This document shows, one piece after another, positions 31,101-40,248 of a stretch of DNA of 64,000 nt. Below the pieces are notes generated by a model. It did not search any database. It saw nothing but the letters and a program-made list of their open reading frames with translations, and was not told the DNA's origin. Position 1 is the stretch's first letter; each line of letters begins with the position of its first letter. Made by a program: the position numbers and the translations under genes. Source of the stretch: an uncultured Bacillota bacterium (lineage in GTDB: Bacteria > Sysuimicrobiota > Sysuimicrobiia > Sysuimicrobiales > Segetimicrobiaceae); NCBI GenBank assembly GCA_963804645.1, contig CAWDRG010000009.1:1120001-1184000 (forward strand). The letters run 5' to 3'.

Positions 31101-31407
31101 CTGCCGGCTGTTCCTCGTGAGCCTCAAGGCGGGGGGGCTCGGCCTGAACCTGACCGCCGCGGACTACGTGTTTCTGCTGGACCCGTGGTGGAATCCCGCG
31201 GTCGAGGCGCAGGCGATCGACCGCACGCACCGCATCGGCCAGGTGCGGCCGGTGTTCGCCTACCGTCTGATCGCGCGCGACACCGTCGAGGAAAAAGTCC
31301 TCGCGCTGCAGGAGTCGAAGCGCTCGCTCGCCGAGTCCATCATCACCGCGGACAACAGCCTGATCCGCACCCTGACGCGAGAGGACCTCGCGCTCCTGCT
31401 CTCCTGA
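28186..31407 (+). CDS. SNF2-family helicase/ATPase with N-terminal SWIM zinc finger
   Basis: CTC...CKH SWIM motif; LADDMGLGKT, DEAQ, LSGTPVEN, FSQF, GGLGLNL, DPWWNP, DRTHRIGQ. Confidence 0.95.
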   Translation: MVFSLVDALDIRSLRRIADDLSFHRGQQYNADGRVLSLSGDASAIRATVRGTREYDVSLAVEGGHLEYACTCPRAADGSFCKHCVAAALAWSARARRTPDGTDAAPRRLRAVARPSAGPSWKRRLASLEQAMGADSHDPAGWPAGREILYVLDLAPAPSGLGLILHVHTRRRKATGGWQVFTSVPAVGGQIDDLPDPADREIFGLMVGTADAYGYAWHYQWSLRRALSTRHVIPAPLQGTLIPLLCRTGRLQLRLPSGQESPVEWDGGPPWDLHLEVTRDGAAGGYAVSASLRRGDEQLALSSLALMLPAGFVVSGGRCARLAHPGTFAWIAELRRGGPITVPASEAEEWLAGLLRLPSLPSLALPPELQYDEVAVSPAPRLAVRMAPRERQAQVLWGTLSFDYEGEVVDAHEPGRGRFQRDQRRLIVRDAAAEQRAAARLIELGFRPAAADRHGGPALELAPRLLPRATRDLVREGWRVEAEGRLYRSPGAVSVEVATRIDWFELKGAVAFGDVSAPLPAVLAAARRGDTVVPLGDGTFGVLPEEWLARYGLLAGLGTSEGDGLHFARSQAGILDALLGSQPGAVWDEGFARAREALHRFGGVTPADPPAGFRGVLRDYQRDGLGWHAFLQQFGFGGCLADDMGLGKTVQVLALLLARRGEGAGPSLVVVPKSLVFNWKQEAARFAPELRILDHTGTARSTPGDHYRGYDVVLTTYGTLRRDAAALSGFVFDYVILDEAQAIKNAATATAKAARLLRGAHRLALSGTPVENHLGELWSLFEFLNPGMLGASSAFRHSGAELRNPSAETRALLAQGLRPFVLRRTKEQVVRELPPKLEQTLYCDLDAPQRAAYDQIRTHYRRSLLARVEREGLGRSKIMVLEALLRLRQAACHIGLIDRTRAGETSAKLDVLLARLAEVIEGGHKALVFSQFTRFLAIVRERLDRDRVPYAYLDGRTHDRAARVAEFEGDPACRLFLVSLKAGGLGLNLTAADYVFLLDPWWNPAVEAQAIDRTHRIGQVRPVFAYRLIARDTVEEKVLALQESKRSLAESIITADNSLIRTLTREDLALLLS

Positions 31408-31421
31408 GACGCCCGCACCGG

Positions 31422-32597
31422 TCAGATCACGTTCAGTTCGAGAAGACGCCGTCCCTCGACGACGCGGGTGAACGACAGCGGCGTGAGATCGAGGCTGCGG
31501 TAGCCGCCGTCCACGATCAGCTCCGCGACGCCGCGCCCGACGCCCGGCGACTGCTGCAGGCCGTGGCCGCTGAACCCGTTCGCGAACACGACGTTCGCGA
31601 GCGACGGATGGGGCCCGACGATGCCGTTGTGATCGAACACGTTGAACTCGTAGTACCCGGCCCAACTGCGCACGAGCTTCAGCGCCTCGAACGCCGGCAC
31701 ACGCGCGGCGAGGGCCGGCCATATGGGACGGTGGAAGAGGCGCTCGTCGACCTCGAGCGGCGCGTCGTCGGGGTCCTCGTCCCCTTCTTTCGGAGACGTG
31801 CCGGAGAGAAAGTACTGGCCTTCGGGGCGGAACCACACCCCCGACGGGTCGATGATCAGGGGGCATCGCGGCAGCGCCTCGCGGCACGCCACCACGAACA
31901 CGCAGCGGCGGCGTGCCCGTACCGGGAGGTCGACGTCGAGCATCGCGGCGACGCGCGCGGCCCAGGGGCCGGCGGCGTTGACCGCGGTGTCGCACGGCAG
32001 CGTGGAGCCGTCGTTGAGGACGACGCCGGTGACGCGCGCGCCCCCGCGCGCAAACCCCGTCACCTCGCGCGTGACGTACCTGGCCCCGAGCGACTGTGCC
32101 TTCCGGCGGAACGCCTGCAGCAGGCTGTAGCCGTCGAACCAGCCTTCCCCCGAGAGGCCGAGCGATCCCGCGGCGAGGTCGCCGGTGGTGAGCCACGGGA
32201 ACCGGGTGGCAAGCTCGCCCGGGGTCAGCAGCGCCACGTCGACCCCGCGCTCCCGCTGCACGCGGTGGTTTTGTCTGAGGATGGGCGCCCCGGCTGCGGT
32301 CGCGAGGAACAGGTAGCCGGGCTCGTTGAGGCCGACATCCGGCCGATCGCCGTCGACGGACAGCTCCGCGCCGGCGCGGCGCAGGAACTCGACGCCGAAC
32401 CGGGACAGGTCGATGTTGACGGGGGTCGAGAACTGCTGCCGGATCGCGCTCGCGGAGAGGGCGGAAGACGCCCTCCGGTACGTCGGGTCGCGCTCGACGA
32501 CCACGACCTCGCCCGAGAACCCGGGATGGTTCGAGAGAAAATACGCGATGGCGCTCCCGACCACCCCACCACCGACGATGACGACCTTGTGCGTCGC
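31422..32597 (-). CDS. FAD-dependent oxidoreductase, DAO/sarcosine oxidase beta-like
   Basis: VVIVGGGVVG, SAIRQQFS, NAAGPWA, WAGYYE, GFSGHGLQQSP; no canonical start codon before the Rossmann motif. Confidence 0.88.
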   Translation of the reverse strand, partial: ATHKVVIVGGGVVGSAIAYFLSNHPGFSGEVVVVERDPTYRRASSALSASAIRQQFSTPVNIDLSRFGVEFLRRAGAELSVDGDRPDVGLNEPGYLFLATAAGAPILRQNHRVQRERGVDVALLTPGELATRFPWLTTGDLAAGSLGLSGEGWFDGYSLLQAFRRKAQSLGARYVTREVTGFARGGARVTGVVLNDGSTLPCDTAVNAAGPWAARVAAMLDVDLPVRARRRCVFVVACREALPRCPLIIDPSGVWFRPEGQYFLSGTSPKEGDEDPDDAPLEVDERLFHRPIWPALAARVPAFEALKLVRSWAGYYEFNVFDHNGIVGPHPSLANVVFANGFSGHGLQQSPGVGRGVAELIVDGGYRSLDLTPLSFTRVVEGRRLLELNVI

Positions 32598-32787
32598 GCT
32601 CCCTCCCTCGCCCGCGCGCGCGCCCTGCTGAGCCCGCGCCGTGACGTTCTACTACGCACCGCTCGGGCGATCTTCCTCGTCGGACCGCGCCGCCACAAGG
32701 GAACGATCGGCGCGGGGATGAAGACGACTCCCGGCCGCGCGCCGGGCTGGCGCGGCCGGGCGCACACCCGCGAAGGGAGCGAGACGC

Positions 32788-33318
32788 ATGGCGATCGAGC
32801 CACTTGAGAAGGCGCAGGCCTCGCCCGCGGCGAGGGCGATCTACGAGGCGATCGAGCGGACCGGGGCGCGGCCGTCCAACTTCATTAAGATGCTGGGGCA
32901 CGCGCCCGGGATCCTGACGGCGTTCAACGCGCTCAGCGAGGCGATCTGGGCGGACGGGGCCCTCCCGGCGAAGCTCAAAGAGCTCGTGTACCTGCGCGCC
33001 TCACTCTTGAACGGGTGTTACCGGTGCACGCTGTCCCACACCGCGGGCGCGAGACGGCGCGGCTACACCGACGAGCAGATCGCGGCGCTGAAGGAGCCGC
33101 AGGGCCGGCGGCGGGCGGATCTGTTCAGCCCGGTCGAACTGGCGGTGCTGCGGTTCGCGGACCTGCTGACGACCCGGCCGGGCAACATCGATCCGGTCGA
33201 CCTCGAGGCGCTCGGGCACCACCTCGGGACGGCGCAGATCGTCGAGCTGGTGGCGACGATCGCGACGGCGAACTGGACCAACCGGATCAACGAGGGCCTG
33301 CTGACGCCGCCGGGCTAG
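32788..33318 (+). CDS. Carboxymuconolactone decarboxylase/AhpD-like protein
   Basis: LKEL...SLLNGCYRC..H, IVEL...N..NR. Confidence 0.85.
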   Translation: MAIEPLEKAQASPAARAIYEAIERTGARPSNFIKMLGHAPGILTAFNALSEAIWADGALPAKLKELVYLRASLLNGCYRCTLSHTAGARRRGYTDEQIAALKEPQGRRRADLFSPVELAVLRFADLLTTRPGNIDPVDLEALGHHLGTAQIVELVATIATANWTNRINEGLLTPPG

Positions 33319-33334
33319 CCCGGGGACCGCCTCG

Positions 33335-34774
33335 TTGCCGAGCAGCCGCGGGAACCGCCACGAGACGACCGGCCGGGGCGACGGGATCGACGTGCGCCTG
33401 TCGGCTGCGATCGCGCTGGCCAAGACGACGGCGACGCTGAGCCGCGCGCTGCGGCGCGGCGGGGGGACGACGATGCCCGGCCGGGTGGCGCGGGCCATCG
33501 AGCCCCGCGTGGTCGGCCTCCTGTCGCGCCGGCTCCCGCTCGGCACCGTCGTGATCGCCGGCACGAACGGGAAAACGACGACCGCGCACCTGCTGGCCCA
33601 CATCATGCGCGCGCTCGGACACCGGCCGGTCCACAACCGCGCCGGCGCGAACCTCGCGGCGGGGATCGCGTCCGCGCTCGTGGAGCACGCCGATCTGCTC
33701 GGACGCCCCCGGGGCGACCTCGGGATCTTCGAGGTGGATGAGGCGACGGTGCCCCGCGTCGTCGCCGGCCTCGCGCCCCGCGTCGCCGTGTTCCTCAACC
33801 TGTTTCGCGACCAGCTCGACCGGTATGGTGAGATCGACTACATCGCCGGGCGGTGGCGTGAGGCGGGCGCCGGGCTCTCGCCGGACCTCGTGGCCGTCGC
33901 GAACGCGGACGATCCGCTTGTCGTCGACGCGGTGCGCGCGCTCCCGGGCCGGCTGGTGACGTTCGGTCTGGAGGACGAGCGCTACGCGCGGCCGGTCGTC
34001 GAGCACACCGCGGAGGCGCGGTACTGCTACCGGTGCGGCGGGGCGTACGACTACGCGGTCACGTACTTCGGCCACATGGGCCGCTACCGGTGCCCCACCT
34101 GCGGCGTCGCGCGGCCCGCGCCGGACCTCGTCGCGCGCGACCTGACGCTGTTCGGACCGGACGGGGCCGAGTTCACGATCGACGCGGGGGCGGGCGGCGC
34201 CGCGCGCGCGCGGACCGTGCTCCCGGGTCTCTACAACGTGTACAATGTCCTCGCGGCGGTCGCCGCCGCGCTCCAACTGGGGGCGCCGCTCGACCGGGCG
34301 GCCGCGGCGGTGGCCTCGTTCGCGCCTGCGTTCGGCCGGGCCGAGCGGGCGACGGTCGATGGGCGCGAGGTGCGCCTGCTGCTCGTCAAGAATCCGGCCG
34401 GGTTCAACGAGGTGCTGCGGAGCGTGCTGGCCGAGGGACCCCTGCCGGTCGTGCTGATCGCGATCAACGACCTGACGGCCGACGGCCGGGACGTATCGTG
34501 GCTGTGGGACGTGGACGCCGAAATGCTCGCCGGCCGGGTGGGCCGCGTCCTCGTGACGGGGATTCGCGCGGAGGACATGGCGCTGCGGCTGGAGTACGCC
34601 GGCGTGCCGGCGGAGGCGATTGAGGTGGAGCACGGCTACGACGCGGCGCTGCGCCGGGCGCTGGCGCTCGCCACGTCCGGACGGCTGTACGTGCTGCCGA
34701 CGTACACGGCGATGCTCGCGCTCCGGGGCGTGCTGCAGCGGTGGGGGGCGGTGAAGGGCTTTTGGGAGACGTGA
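33335..34774 (+). CDS. murT: Lipid II isoglutaminyl synthase subunit MurT (Mur ligase + DUF1727)
   Basis: GTNGKTTT, GAN, EVDE, NLFRDQLDRYGE, CxxC..CxxC zinc insert, KNPAG, DGRDVSWLWD, PTYTAML; start may be GTG 33392. Confidence 0.92.
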   Translation: MPSSRGNRHETTGRGDGIDVRLSAAIALAKTTATLSRALRRGGGTTMPGRVARAIEPRVVGLLSRRLPLGTVVIAGTNGKTTTAHLLAHIMRALGHRPVHNRAGANLAAGIASALVEHADLLGRPRGDLGIFEVDEATVPRVVAGLAPRVAVFLNLFRDQLDRYGEIDYIAGRWREAGAGLSPDLVAVANADDPLVVDAVRALPGRLVTFGLEDERYARPVVEHTAEARYCYRCGGAYDYAVTYFGHMGRYRCPTCGVARPAPDLVARDLTLFGPDGAEFTIDAGAGGAARARTVLPGLYNVYNVLAAVAAALQLGAPLDRAAAAVASFAPAFGRAERATVDGREVRLLLVKNPAGFNEVLRSVLAEGPLPVVLIAINDLTADGRDVSWLWDVDAEMLAGRVGRVLVTGIRAEDMALRLEYAGVPAEAIEVEHGYDAALRRALALATSGRLYVLPTYTAMLALRGVLQRWGAVKGFWET

Positions 34775-35523
34775 CGCCGACCCTGCGCATCTGCCATCTC
34801 TACCCCGATCTCCTGAACCTGTACGGGGACCGTGGCAACATCATCGTGCTCACCACCCGCGCGCGGCGGCGCGGCATCGCGGTCAGCGTGGTCGAGGTCG
34901 GCCTCGGCGACGCGATCGCGCCCGACGGCGCCGATCTGTACTTCATCGGGGGCGGGGAGGACCGCCAGCAGCGCATCGCCTCCGAGGACCTGCTGCGCCT
35001 GAAGCGGGGTCCGCTCGCGGAGGCGGCCGCCGGGGGCGCCGTCGTGCTCGCGGTGTGCGGAGGCTATCAGCTCGTCGGACGGTTCTACCGGCCGGCGGAG
35101 GGCGAGGATCTGCCGGGGCTCGCCCTGCTGGATGTGTGGTCGGAGCACGCCGGTCCCAACACGCCGCGCCTGATCGGTAATCTCGTGATTCAGCCGGACG
35201 GCGATGCGCCCGTGATGGTCGGATTCGAAAACCACGGCGGCCGCACGTATCTCGGCCCCGGCGCCCGGCCCCTCGGCCGGGTCGTGTCGGGATTCGGCAA
35301 CAACGGGCGGGACGGGTGGGAGGGCGCGGTCTCCGGCCACGTGTACGGGACGTACTTGCACGGCCCGCTACTGCCGAAGAACCCCGCGTTCGCCGACCGC
35401 CTGATCCGCGAAGCGCTCGCCCGCCGGCAGCCCGAGATCGTGCTCGCGCCGCTTGCGGACGCGCTCGAGGCGCGGGCCCGCGAGGCGGTGCTGTCGCGCG
35501 TGCGTCGGCCCCAGTCGGCATGA
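34771..35523 (+). CDS. gatD: Glutamine amidotransferase GatD (CobQ-like)
   Basis: LYPDLLNLYGDRGN, AVCGGYQ, GFENHGGRT, TYLHGPLLPKNP; coupled to murT. Confidence 0.92.
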   Translation: MTPTLRICHLYPDLLNLYGDRGNIIVLTTRARRRGIAVSVVEVGLGDAIAPDGADLYFIGGGEDRQQRIASEDLLRLKRGPLAEAAAGGAVVLAVCGGYQLVGRFYRPAEGEDLPGLALLDVWSEHAGPNTPRLIGNLVIQPDGDAPVMVGFENHGGRTYLGPGARPLGRVVSGFGNNGRDGWEGAVSGHVYGTYLHGPLLPKNPAFADRLIREALARRQPEIVLAPLADALEARAREAVLSRVRRPQSA

Positions 35524-36779
35524 GCCGGGGGACCACCCGCCCGCTGGTCGCGATCGCGGCGGTGGTGGGACTCGCCGAGCTGGGCTTCGCGACCGTGATC
35601 CCGCTGCTGCCGCTGTACCTCAAGGAACGGCTTGGAGCCAGTGCCACCCTGGTCGGCGTCGTCGTCGCCGCGTTCGCCGCGGTCGAGACCGTGTGCAAGA
35701 CGACGTGGGGCCACGTGGCCGACCGTATCGGACGCCGCCCGGTCGTGGTGGGGGGCCTCGTGCTGGCCAGCGCCGCGCCGATCGTGATGACCGTGCTGCG
35801 CGTGCCCTGGCTGTTCGTGCCGCTGCGCCTGGTGGACGGGACCGGCAGCGCCGCGCTCTGGCCCGCGACCGCGGCCGCGATCGTCGACCGGACCGCTGCG
35901 AACCGCCGTGCGACCGGGATGGGCACGCTCAACATGTTTTTCCTCTCGGGGCTGGCGCTGGGGCCGAGCCTCGGGTTGTTCGTCTCGGGGGCGTTCGGCA
36001 GCTACCGGGCCGGGTTCTATCTCGCGAGCGGGCTGCTGCTCGCCGCCGCCGGACTCGCGTCGCTCGTGCTCGGGGACGAGCGCGCCGCCCCGGCCGAGAC
36101 CTCCGGCGGCACCCCGGTACCCGGGCGCGGCGCGAGCGCATGGCGCAGCGTCGTCGGCACCGTGCGGGCATCGCCGCAGCTCAGCGCGATGCTCGCGGTC
36201 TCGTTCGTCCAGATGATCGGCGTGGGGCTGCTCGCGCCGATCCTGGTGATCTACGCGCACGAAGTGGTCGGGCTCAGCGATCAGATGATCGGCGCGGTGT
36301 TCTTGGTCGTGGTGCTCGCCGTGGCGGCCGGGTCGATTCCCGGCGGGCGGCTCGCCGATCGCGTCGGCCGGGCCAGGACCGTGGTGTGGGGGATGACCAT
36401 GGCGAGCGCCGGCATGTGGCTCCTGCCGGCAGCGGGGCGGGGCAACCTGATCGTCCTGGGCGTCGCGGCGGCGCTGCTCGGCGCGAGCTATGCGCTGTCG
36501 TCTCCGGCGTGGCTGGCGCTGATGAGCGAGGCCGCGCCCCCGGGCCGCACCGGGATGGTGATGGGCGCGTCCGAGACGGCGCAGGGCGCCGGTCTCATCC
36601 TCGGGCCCGCGTTCGGCGGCGCGCTGTACGATCGCTTCGGCCCGCCGGCGCCGTTTCTGGCGAGTGCGCTGCTGCTCACGGCCGGCACCGCGCTCGCGAT
36701 CCGGGCGCGGTCGCGCGCCGAGCGTCGGCGCGATCAGACGGCCGCGACCGGCCGGGACACGACGAGGGGGGTGGAGGCG
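35520..36779 (+). CDS. MFS transporter (reads without a stop into the next ORF; frame ends at 37109)
   Basis: Motif A twice (GHVADRIGRR; GRLADRVGR), about 12 hydrophobic segments; ATGA overlap with gatD. Confidence 0.85.
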
Positions 36780-37109
36780 ATGAGTGACACCGCGAACGTC
36801 AAGCGGGGCAGCGTCCTCGGCGCGATGGGGTGGATGTTTCTGATCTCGATCCTGCTCTTCTGGCTGCCGGTGATCGGGCCGCTGATCGCGGGCATCGTCG
36901 GCGGCAGGAAGGCTGGGAGCGTCGGGAATGCGATCCTGGCGGTCATCCTTCCGGTGATCTTCCTCGGCGCCATGCTCCTGTTTTTCGGGGCCGCGCTCAC
37001 CGGGATCCCGCTGCTGGGCGCGCTCGTCGGCGTCGGCGCCGCCGCCCTGATCCTGCTGCACGACGGGCCGCTGCTGCTGGGCGCGATTATCGGGGGCTTG
37101 GTGGCGTAG
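36780..37109 (+). CDS. Small glycine-rich membrane protein, in frame with the upstream MFS
   Basis: Own GGAGG RBS and ATG; LLFWLPVIGPLIAGIVGGRKAG. Confidence 0.65.
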   Translation: MSDTANVKRGSVLGAMGWMFLISILLFWLPVIGPLIAGIVGGRKAGSVGNAILAVILPVIFLGAMLLFFGAALTGIPLLGALVGVGAAALILLHDGPLLLGAIIGGLVA

Positions 37110-37428
37110 TTCCGAGCTTTCCGACGAACGCCCACAGTCCGGTCCGGCGCAGCAGGCGCACCACCACAAGGACGAGGCAGAAGCTGAGGACCGACACGGC
37201 GCCGCAGATCTCCGCCGCGGGCCGGACGTTGGGGACGCCGGCGAGCGACAGGATGCCGAGGACGACGAACAATCCGAGCGTCGACCAGGCGAGGAGCAGC
37301 GCGGCGCCGCAGGCGCTGATGCCGACGATGGCTTCCAGCGCGAGGCGCCGCGCGCCCGCGGTGACGAAGAGCGTCCGCGCGCGGCTGAGCAGCGTGATCA
37401 CCCAGAGGATGCGGAACAACGTGACCAT
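37087..37428 (-). CDS. Hypothetical membrane protein
   Basis: 113-aa hydrophobic ORF; no recognised motif. Confidence 0.45.
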   Translation of the reverse strand: MVTLFRILWVITLLSRARTLFVTAGARRLALEAIVGISACGAALLLAWSTLGLFVVLGILSLAGVPNVRPAAEICGAVSVLSFCLVLVVVRLLRRTGLWAFVGKLGTTPPSPR

Positions 37429-37619
37429 CGCACGACCCGTGGCGCGTTGATCGGCGAGCGTCGACCCGGTGCGCCCGCACTCCTGATGATACCGCTCGGG
37501 CGGGCGGCGTTCCTCCGGGAGCGCGCGGCGTCCGTTCGAGCCGGGCGTCCGGTCCCTGCGCCCGCGCGCCTCGTGTCCCGCGGTGACCGCCGCCGCTCAG
37601 GCCCGGCGGAACGACCGCG

Positions 37620-37937
37620 CTACGCCCCGTTGTGCACCGCGTCGCCGTCGACGATGCCGCGCAGGTAGGCGACGTACCCGTCGAACGCTTTTCGGCCGGC
37701 GCGGGTCATCGTGACGCGCGTGCGCGGCTTCTTGCCGACGAAATCCTTCTCGACCGCGACGTACCCGGCGCGCTCGAGCGCCGTGATGTGGGCGCCGAGA
37801 TTGCCCTCGGTCGCGTCCACGATTGACCGCAATCTGACGAACTCGATCTGTTCGCCGACCGGCAGCGCCCGAAGGGTCGCCATGATCCTGAGCCGGACCG
37901 GTTGATGAATGATTTCGTCGAGGCGCGCGACGGTCAT
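37620..37937 (-). CDS. Winged-helix transcriptional regulator (HTH_34-like)
   Basis: LDEIIHQPVRLRIMA, TEGNLGAH, LERAGYV.VEK.F.GKKPRT; ATGA-coupled to the upstream gene. Confidence 0.9.
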   Translation of the reverse strand: MTVARLDEIIHQPVRLRIMATLRALPVGEQIEFVRLRSIVDATEGNLGAHITALERAGYVAVEKDFVGKKPRTRVTMTRAGRKAFDGYVAYLRGIVDGDAVHNGA

Positions 37938-38647
37938 ACGCGCCGCATCCACACGCCCACGAGCAGGAGGGAGCCGCAGAGGACTGCGGCGATCCACAGC
38001 GCGACGTGGTCATGGACCGTGAACGAGACGGCGAGCGTCAGCATCGCGGTGCCCACCCCGGCGGCGGCGTACCGGCCCCGTCCCGCGTAGACGCCCCACA
38101 GCACGAACACCGTAGCCAGGAGGAGCGGCGCGGAGGCCCAGGCTACCCGCTCGGGTACCCGGGCCATGAGGGCGAACAGGCCGGCGTACGAGAGCGCGAC
38201 GGCCGCGAAGATCGCCCAGATTTGCCACCCGCCGGCCACCGCGCGTCCCGACGCACGGGTGATGGCGATGCTGGCTCCAATGCCAACCGTGGTCGCGAGC
38301 CAGAACGCGGCGTTGGCGTGGCGTGGATCGAGTCCGGCCGCCCGATAGCCGATCGCGTAGCACACCAGAAACAGCAGGGCCGTCGTGGCGAAGTCGCGCC
38401 ACGTGAACGCGGTCCGGCCGACCCTCGGGGCAAGACAGGCGGCGAACCCAATAGAGTCCACCGCGCCCCACACGACGAACCACTGCATGGGAAACAGCTG
38501 TTCCAGCGCATAGCCCGCGATCGCCAGGATTCCCCACATGATCCAGTACGGCGTGGTCGCCTGATACCCATAGAGTGCCGAGCTGCGCGCCTGTGCGCGC
38601 GAGAGATCCTGAAGCGTCGTGGCCGCCTCTTCCCGTGAGACCGACAT
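37934..38647 (-). CDS. Hypothetical integral membrane protein co-transcribed with the regulator
   Basis: GGAGG RBS, EAA..L N-terminus, several TM segments. Confidence 0.75.
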   Translation of the reverse strand: MSVSREEAATTLQDLSRAQARSSALYGYQATTPYWIMWGILAIAGYALEQLFPMQWFVVWGAVDSIGFAACLAPRVGRTAFTWRDFATTALLFLVCYAIGYRAAGLDPRHANAAFWLATTVGIGASIAITRASGRAVAGGWQIWAIFAAVALSYAGLFALMARVPERVAWASAPLLLATVFVLWGVYAGRGRYAAAGVGTAMLTLAVSFTVHDHVALWIAAVLCGSLLLVGVWMRRV

Positions 38648-38683
38648 CGGCGTCCCTCCGTGGCCCGTGGTCCGGTTTCTTTC

Positions 38684-38724
38684 TTGACACAGATAACTCT
38701 ATACGACAGAGTAATCTGTGTCAA
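38684..38724 (-). promoter_or_regulatory. Sigma70-type promoter (TTGACA-N17-TAGAGT) within a 17-bp inverted repeat; probable operator
   Basis: TTGACACAGATAACTCT-N7-AGAGTAATCTGTGTCAA, 1 mismatch, just upstream of the 38647 start. Confidence 0.75.
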
Positions 38725-38808
38725 GGGGTATTTGCAGAGGAGATGCTACCGGGCTGTCGGCGGCCGTGACGGATGCGCCAGCCTAGGCGGGGCGTGCGGC
38801 GGTGCGGC

Positions 38809-39708
38809 TCAGCCCGACACGGGGAACGGCAGCAGCCACGCGAGGGCGAGCAGCAGGCCGAACAGCTGGTGCAGTCGGGCGGTGTTTCGCAGCGCCCCGA
38901 ACGTCAGGACCCTCGGGTCCGTTTCGACGCGTACGAGCCTCCAGGCATCGGCGGCGAGCGGCAAGGTCGCGAAGACGAGGAGCGCAAGCAGCGGGAGGTG
39001 GCCGAGCAGCACGCCCGCGATGACCGCGACGTAGGCGCCGGCGAGGCACAGCGCGTATTCGGCGCGGGTGCCGGCAGGGCCGAGGGTCGTCGCGAGCGTG
39101 CGCTTGCCCCTGGCGCGATCTCCCGAGAGATCGCGGAGGTTGTTGACGACGAGAATCGCCGTGACGAGCGCCCCGACCGGAAGCGACGACCACAGCGCCC
39201 CGGTCGACACGCCGTGCGTCTGCACGTAGTAGGCGCCGAGGACGATCACCGGCCCCATGAAGAGAAACACCACCAGGTCGCCGAGCCCCATGTACCCGAA
39301 CGGCACCGGGCCGCCCGTGTACGTGTAGCCCGCCAGCACGCTCAGCACGCCGATGACGAGGATCGGCCACCCGGCCGCGACGACGAGCACCAGGCCGAGC
39401 ACGCTCCCCAACCCGAGCAGCGCGAGGCCGCCGGCGCGCACGGCGTCCGGCGAGAGCAGGCCCCGCTGGATCGCGCCGCCCGGGCCGATTGACTCGGGGG
39501 TGTCCACGCCGCGGACGTGGTCGTAGTAGTCGTTGATCATGTTGGTGCCGGCATGAATCGCGACGGACGCCACGAGCGTGACGGCGAACAGCAGCGGTGA
39601 GAACTGGCCCGTGCGGGCCGCGACGGCCGACCCGACGATGACCGGCGTCGCCGAGGCGGTGAACGAGTACGGGCGGGTCGCGCGCCACCACGTGGCGAGC
39701 GTCTTCAC
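38809..39708 (-). CDS. menA: 1,4-dihydroxy-2-naphthoate polyprenyltransferase (UbiA family)
   Basis: WWRATRP, NDYYD..RGVD, YTGGP, NNLRD...D...GKRTL. Confidence 0.9.
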   Translation of the reverse strand: MKTLATWWRATRPYSFTASATPVIVGSAVAARTGQFSPLLFAVTLVASVAIHAGTNMINDYYDHVRGVDTPESIGPGGAIQRGLLSPDAVRAGGLALLGLGSVLGLVLVVAAGWPILVIGVLSVLAGYTYTGGPVPFGYMGLGDLVVFLFMGPVIVLGAYYVQTHGVSTGALWSSLPVGALVTAILVVNNLRDLSGDRARGKRTLATTLGPAGTRAEYALCLAGAYVAVIAGVLLGHLPLLALLVFATLPLAADAWRLVRVETDPRVLTFGALRNTARLHQLFGLLLALAWLLPFPVSG

Positions 39709-39942
39709 GACCGGGCCCGCGCGCGGCGTGCGGACCGGCGCCCATGCGGCGCGGCAGCCGAGTGCGCCGAGGCGGGAGACGAGCGGGGTGGGATGCCGGG
39801 CGTCGATCCGGTGGGCGCGCGATCGTGGGAGCTCCGCATCTCGTCGCCGCTGGTTTGGCGCCGGTGCGGCGGGTTCCTGCCGATGGCCGGGCCTCGCCCG
39901 CCGGGGGGCGTGGCCCGGCGTAAGATGATACTCTAGCACCTG

Positions 39943-40212
39943 ATGGATCAACTCCAGCAGTTAGGGGATCCGGCGACGCTGCTGCGGCAGATATTCACCC
40001 CCACGGTGCTCGTGTGGGCGTTGATCGGGACGGTCGTCAGCGGCGTCGGCTTCGCCGCCTATCGACGCGGGAAGAAATCGAAGCGGCGGGTGCTGGTGTG
40101 GGGCGGCGTCGCCCTCATGGTCTACCCGTACGTCGTGTACGATCCCATCGCGATGATCGCGCTGGGCGCCGCGATCTGCCTCGGGATGGTGGCGCTCCGA
40201 GACGCGCTGTAA
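39943..40212 (+). CDS. Small membrane protein (GKK...LMVYPY family)
   Basis: Hydrophobic 89 aa, paralogous to the convergent ORF. Confidence 0.7.
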   Translation: MDQLQQLGDPATLLRQIFTPTVLVWALIGTVVSGVGFAAYRRGKKSKRRVLVWGGVALMVYPYVVYDPIAMIALGAAICLGMVALRDAL

Positions 40213-40248
40213 GGGGATCCCGGGCGGCCGGGCCGCAAATCGGGGGAG

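Noticed and set aside
28186..31407. SWIM-SNF2 helicase as a possible defence system
   Set aside because: Common stand-alone bacterial architecture; no methylase, nuclease or other defence partner adjacent
28144..32901. 1585-aa minus-strand ORF and other long antisense ORFs (e.g. 9241-11415, 23228-25285, 26705-28675, 35190-37169)
   Set aside because: Arg/Pro/Gly-rich shadow frames of real genes, expected in very high-GC DNA; no motifs
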